A stretch of 29,552 nt of DNA from a virus (lineage: Duplodnaviria; Caudoviricetes), in IMG/VR virus record IMGVR_UViG_3300047564_002095, positions 1-29,552 of that record; one strand, 5' to 3'. Below the pieces are notes generated by a model. The model saw only the letters and a list, made by a program, of their open reading frames with translations. It did no database searches and was not told the DNA's origin. This document shows, piece by piece, positions 25,960-29,552 of this stretch; the first letter of the stretch is position 1; each line of letters begins with the position of its first letter. The translations under genes and the position numbers were made by a program.

Positions 25960-28900
25960 ATGACAATATTTTCAATTAATTCTGGAAGTTTCGGTGATGT
26001 GACCGTCACAGGTATCGTGTCTGCCTCCACCCTTAAAGGTGATGGAAGTCAGATTACGAGTGTGTCATATGATAACATCGCAAGTAAACCCACCTTAATT
26101 TCTAGTTCTACCCAAGTGACTTCGTTGTTACCCACGGGAAGTATTAGTAGTTCGGCACAAATTAATTATCCTGACATCAGTAATATTCCCGCAAATATCG
26201 TCAGTAGTAGTAGTCAAGTCACCGCACTCTTACCTGCAAATACCGTATCCAGTAGTGGTCAGATATCGCTTAGTGGTATCAGTGGAACTACTTTCTCTAA
26301 TAATGATTTTAACTTTCCACTAAATGTCACGGTTAATGGATTATTGACTGCGACCTCACAATCTATTATCTACATTACTTCTTCTCAATTAAATGTTGGA
26401 TCGAACGATATTATCCTTAATACCACCGAACAATTGAGATTCGGTGGACTGACCATATTTGATTCTGGATCTGCAAATCAATCGGGGTCACTATTCTGGG
26501 ATAGTTTACATAACGTCTGGTTATATGTTCACGCAGGAACCTCAAATACCAGTAGTATTGTTATCACCGGACCAGAAAATACTGGAGTATTGGGTAGTGA
26601 ACAATTCTTAACACCAAACCGTGTTCCGAAGTCGGGTCTAATTGGTGACCACATTGTAGATTCACAAATTAGTGATAATGGTACTACCGTAGGCATAAGT
26701 GGTAATTTATCTGTTACTGGTAGCCTAACGATAGCAACAAATGCATTATTTGTCAGTAGTTCTGGTAATGTGGGTATTGGTACAGTTACTCCACAATCAC
26801 GACTGGATGTATATGGTAATGACGGAAATATTGCTAAATTTTCATATGCAGTTGCAGATGCTACCTTAGATATTACGGCACCAACAGTTAACGTAGTTAG
26901 TGTAAATGCCGCCGCTGGTGATGCATTACGATTGGGTGCAAGTGGGTCAAGTGTTATCAATATTACTTCAACGGGAAGAGTGGGTATCGGAACTACCAAT
27001 CCAGAAGCATTGTTAGAAATAAGATATGACAGTAATACAGACTCTAGATTGGTTATAAAGAATGTAAATGCAGGTTCATCGGCCACCGCAAATCTTCAAT
27101 TATTAGCTGATGGTGCTGGTGGCGGACTGGTTACGACAAGCACAACATATAGTGCATCAGGATTAATAGCATCCGATGCAGTTTACTTATATGCATCTGC
27201 TAACGCAAGTAATGGACTTCGTATTAATACGGAAACAACCGCTCCAATTTTATTGGGAACAAATAATGTTGAACGCATGCGTATTGACCCATCTGGGTAT
27301 GTGTTAATTAACGCAACTTCATCCATAGGTACGGGGGATTCACGATTACAAATAGGTAATGGAACAAGTGGAACAAACACACAATTACTTCTTAAAACCA
27401 CTGCTGGACATACAGCGTTATATAGCACCATCAGTTCTAATTCATATTTAACCTGGGCAAGTGGAGGATTTTTTGCTTTTGGGATAGCCCCAGCAGATGG
27501 TTCTACATTTACCGAATATATGCGAATTGGGTCATCTGGACATGTTGGTATCGGAACTACAAATCCAGGATTTGCACTTCATGTTGATGCAAATACTGTA
27601 GGATCTACAGTATACACTGGCACGTTCCGTAATACAAATACAGCCACAGATGTATACAATGTAATTTTATGGATTCAAGGAGCATCAGGTTCAGCTACAG
27701 GAATGATTGGAACAGGTGGAAGCACAACAAACAACACAAATTTTAGAAATACCTTCGTTGTAGGAACACAATCTGCACATTCTCTTGTATTGGCAACCAG
27801 TGATACAGGTCGTGTATGGATTAATTCAGCGGGTAATGTGGGTATAGGAACCACAAATCCGCAAGATGCACTCGATGTAAACGGGTCAATAAGATTTCGA
27901 GCCAATACTCCGAGCTTTACTGCTGTGGCGGACAATGCTGTATTGGATTATGTACCGACTTCTATTTTCCCATCTGATCCGTGTGTACGACTAGCGGCAA
28001 TAGGTACGGCTTCGGTTGGTGCAGCAATCAGATTTATTACTGGCACATCTGTAAGTCTGGGGGAAAAAATGCGAATCCTTACTGGCGGCAACGTTGGTAT
28101 CGGAACCACAAATCCCACCACATTGTTACATGCGTATAGTGATACAGGAACTACCGTATTAATTCGTGGAGCTAATGGCAATCTTGCATCAACTTTAGGA
28201 TTTAACCACGGCGGCGGCGGAGGCAGAACTGCTGTTAATGGACAATGGAACATTTCGTTTGGTTCAGCTGAAACGGATTTTGGGTTTACTCCAAATTTAG
28301 GCGGAGGACTTGCATTTTGGCATCAAGATGGTGGAACAGTAAATGACGTAATGCGTATAAAAACAAATAAAGATGTTTTGTTTGCAGGTAACGTCGGTAT
28401 TGGTACCACATCTCCGAGTGCGCCGGTCCACGTTATATCCGCAAATAACGAAATTATGCGGTTGCAGACATCGGACAACACAACGGGTGGTATATATTTT
28501 ACGTTCTTTGATTCTGCAAACACGGAAAAGGGGTACATCGGATATGGCTCTACTGGAAACGATGAGTTCTTTTTTGTTAATAGAGAAAACGCTGCGTTTT
28601 CCTTTTACAACAACAATAACGAACGCGTTCGCATCGCGGCGACAGGCGAGTTGCTGACAGGCGGCAAGACCACGGTAACAGCCAACGGTGGCGATGTGCA
28701 AGTGTCGAGCGGCATCACCTTCCCCGCAACCCAAGTCGCCAAGTCCGACGCCAATACACTTGACGATTACGAGGAAGGAACTTGGACACCTCAAATTGGT
28801 GGAGGAAGTAGTGGAACAAAAACTGCTGCAGCAGGTAATAATGGGAATTATACAAAAATTGGTAGACAAGTATTTTGTCATGGGACACTTGCCTGGGATG

Positions 28901-29157
28901 GAGGAGATAGTTTGTCTGGAACCGTTGTTATAAAAAATCTTCCATTTACTTCTGGCGGTGGGCGCGCAGGAGGAGTTGCAGGAGTAATATCAAGTGGAAT
29001 CACCATAGATTCCCCATACACTTATCTTCAAATTGTAGTCGATCCAGGTAACAATTTTGCATACATAATTCAAGGTAGCTCAACAGGGTATAGTCACAAC
29101 CCAACCGTAGGAAATTCTGGTACAGTATACGGATTTGCGTTTTCGTATATAGTGTAA
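25960..29157 (+). CDS. long tail fibre / receptor-binding protein
   Basis: Six G(N/R/H)VGIGT repeats at 26764, 26974, 27538, 27832, 28087 and 28387. C-terminal tip domain begins LDDYEEGTWTP...YTKIGRQV...LPFTS. Confidence 0.85.
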   Translation: MTIFSINSGSFGDVTVTGIVSASTLKGDGSQITSVSYDNIASKPTLISSSTQVTSLLPTGSISSSAQINYPDISNIPANIVSSSSQVTALLPANTVSSSGQISLSGISGTTFSNNDFNFPLNVTVNGLLTATSQSIIYITSSQLNVGSNDIILNTTEQLRFGGLTIFDSGSANQSGSLFWDSLHNVWLYVHAGTSNTSSIVITGPENTGVLGSEQFLTPNRVPKSGLIGDHIVDSQISDNGTTVGISGNLSVTGSLTIATNALFVSSSGNVGIGTVTPQSRLDVYGNDGNIAKFSYAVADATLDITAPTVNVVSVNAAAGDALRLGASGSSVINITSTGRVGIGTTNPEALLEIRYDSNTDSRLVIKNVNAGSSATANLQLLADGAGGGLVTTSTTYSASGLIASDAVYLYASANASNGLRINTETTAPILLGTNNVERMRIDPSGYVLINATSSIGTGDSRLQIGNGTSGTNTQLLLKTTAGHTALYSTISSNSYLTWASGGFFAFGIAPADGSTFTEYMRIGSSGHVGIGTTNPGFALHVDANTVGSTVYTGTFRNTNTATDVYNVILWIQGASGSATGMIGTGGSTTNNTNFRNTFVVGTQSAHSLVLATSDTGRVWINSAGNVGIGTTNPQDALDVNGSIRFRANTPSFTAVADNAVLDYVPTSIFPSDPCVRLAAIGTASVGAAIRFITGTSVSLGEKMRILTGGNVGIGTTNPTTLLHAYSDTGTTVLIRGANGNLASTLGFNHGGGGGRTAVNGQWNISFGSAETDFGFTPNLGGGLAFWHQDGGTVNDVMRIKTNKDVLFAGNVGIGTTSPSAPVHVISANNEIMRLQTSDNTTGGIYFTFFDSANTEKGYIGYGSTGNDEFFFVNRENAAFSFYNNNNERVRIAATGELLTGGKTTVTANGGDVQVSSGITFPATQVAKSDANTLDDYEEGTWTPQIGGGSSGTKTAAAGNNGNYTKIGRQVFCHGTLAWDGGDSLSGTVVIKNLPFTSGGGRAGGVAGVISSGITIDSPYTYLQIVVDPGNNFAYIIQGSSTGYSHNPTVGNSGTVYGFAFSYIV

Positions 29158-29212
29158 TTATTTGCATCGGATGATGTAAATGGACAGTCCTTTAACCAAC
29201 AGGAGATAAACA

Positions 29213-29452
29213 ATGGCAACATTTAGTGAAACAGTTTTTATTAGTGAATTTAATATACTACCTTCGGGAAATATTGGTGTAAGAAAGACCACCGAAATCA
29301 GTAAAGATGACGTAGTAATCAGTCAAACTTACTGGCGATGTGTGTTGGCACCTCATGCTCCAAACGCAACCGAAGTCTTGGGTGATGAACCCTATTACCT
29401 CAATCTTGCGCAAGAAGCATGGAAGGATATTGTGGTCACTCCTACAACATAA
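29213..29452 (+). CDS. small protein following the fibre, possible fibre chaperone or tip partner
   Basis: AGGAG at 29201-29205. 79 aa with IGVRKTTEISKDDVVISQTYWRCVLAP. Directly after the DDYEEGTWTP-type fibre. Confidence 0.7.
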   Translation: MATFSETVFISEFNILPSGNIGVRKTTEISKDDVVISQTYWRCVLAPHAPNATEVLGDEPYYLNLAQEAWKDIVVTPTT

Positions 29453-29455
29453 AAC

Positions 29456-29463
29456 TATTTATA
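29456..29463 (+). promoter_or_regulatory. putative late-promoter motif
   Basis: aaacTATTTATAtac, directly after the stop of the 29213 gene. Confidence 0.55.
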
Positions 29464-29497
29464 TACTACCTAACCCTCTAGACACCCTATTTGCACT

Positions 29498-29552
29498 ATG
29501 ACACTACAAACCAAACTCCCAGGCTCGTTAATTCAAAGTGGTAGTGTACCTG
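29498..29552 (+). CDS. 5' end of the next gene (3'-partial)
   Basis: ATG 29498 opens MTLQTKLPGSLIQSGSVP to the window edge, 35 nt after a TATTTATA motif. Confidence 0.5.
   Translation, partial: MTLQTKLPGSLIQSGSVP

Noticed and set aside
481-28933. Many minus-strand and alternate-frame ORFs (e.g. 5607..6038, 18087..18593, 20111..20563, 26529..27086, 28297..28881)
   Set aside because: They overlap well-supported + strand genes and read as shadows of biased or repetitive codons, with no recognisable motifs.
14595-29157. Diversity-generating retroelement or invertase shufflon acting on the fibres
   Set aside because: No reverse transcriptase or recombinase in the window, all genes on one strand, and the repeat pairs differ at synonymous sites of all base types rather than only at adenines. 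A DGR elsewhere in the genome cannot be excluded.
1-29552. Alternative genetic code (stop-codon reassignment)
   Set aside because: Core genes are full length in the standard code, coding density is high, and TAA, TGA and TAG are all used as stops.

Overview
This window is the virion morphogenesis region of a large T4-like (myovirus-type, contractile-tailed) bacteriophage. All genes lie on the + strand, are tightly packed and read in the standard genetic code. The head module runs: small head-region ORFs, portal (gp20-like), two unknowns, prohead protease (gp21-like), an HEXXH metallopeptidase-like ORF, a phage-encoded ribosomal protein bS21, an acidic scaffold and the major capsid protein (gp23-like). 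Neck/tail-completion genes, tail sheath and tail tube follow. The last ~15 kb is an array of modular fibre-like genes (collagen stalks, 14-aa beta-roll repeats, ~60-aa beta repeats, GNVGIGT repeats) that share domains in mixed combinations. Main points of interest: bS21 among head genes that carry clear Shine-Dalgarno sites; a TATTTA(T/A)-type motif in nearly every long intergenic gap (the reverse complement of the T4 late promoter); a pervasive (S/T)-G-S tripeptide confined to predicted outer virion proteins; a GC-rich patch in the last fibre gene; and GGA-loop hairpins in two fibre-gene leaders. No tRNA, CRISPR array, integrase or transposase was seen. All family assignments come from motif recognition and gene order, not database searches.
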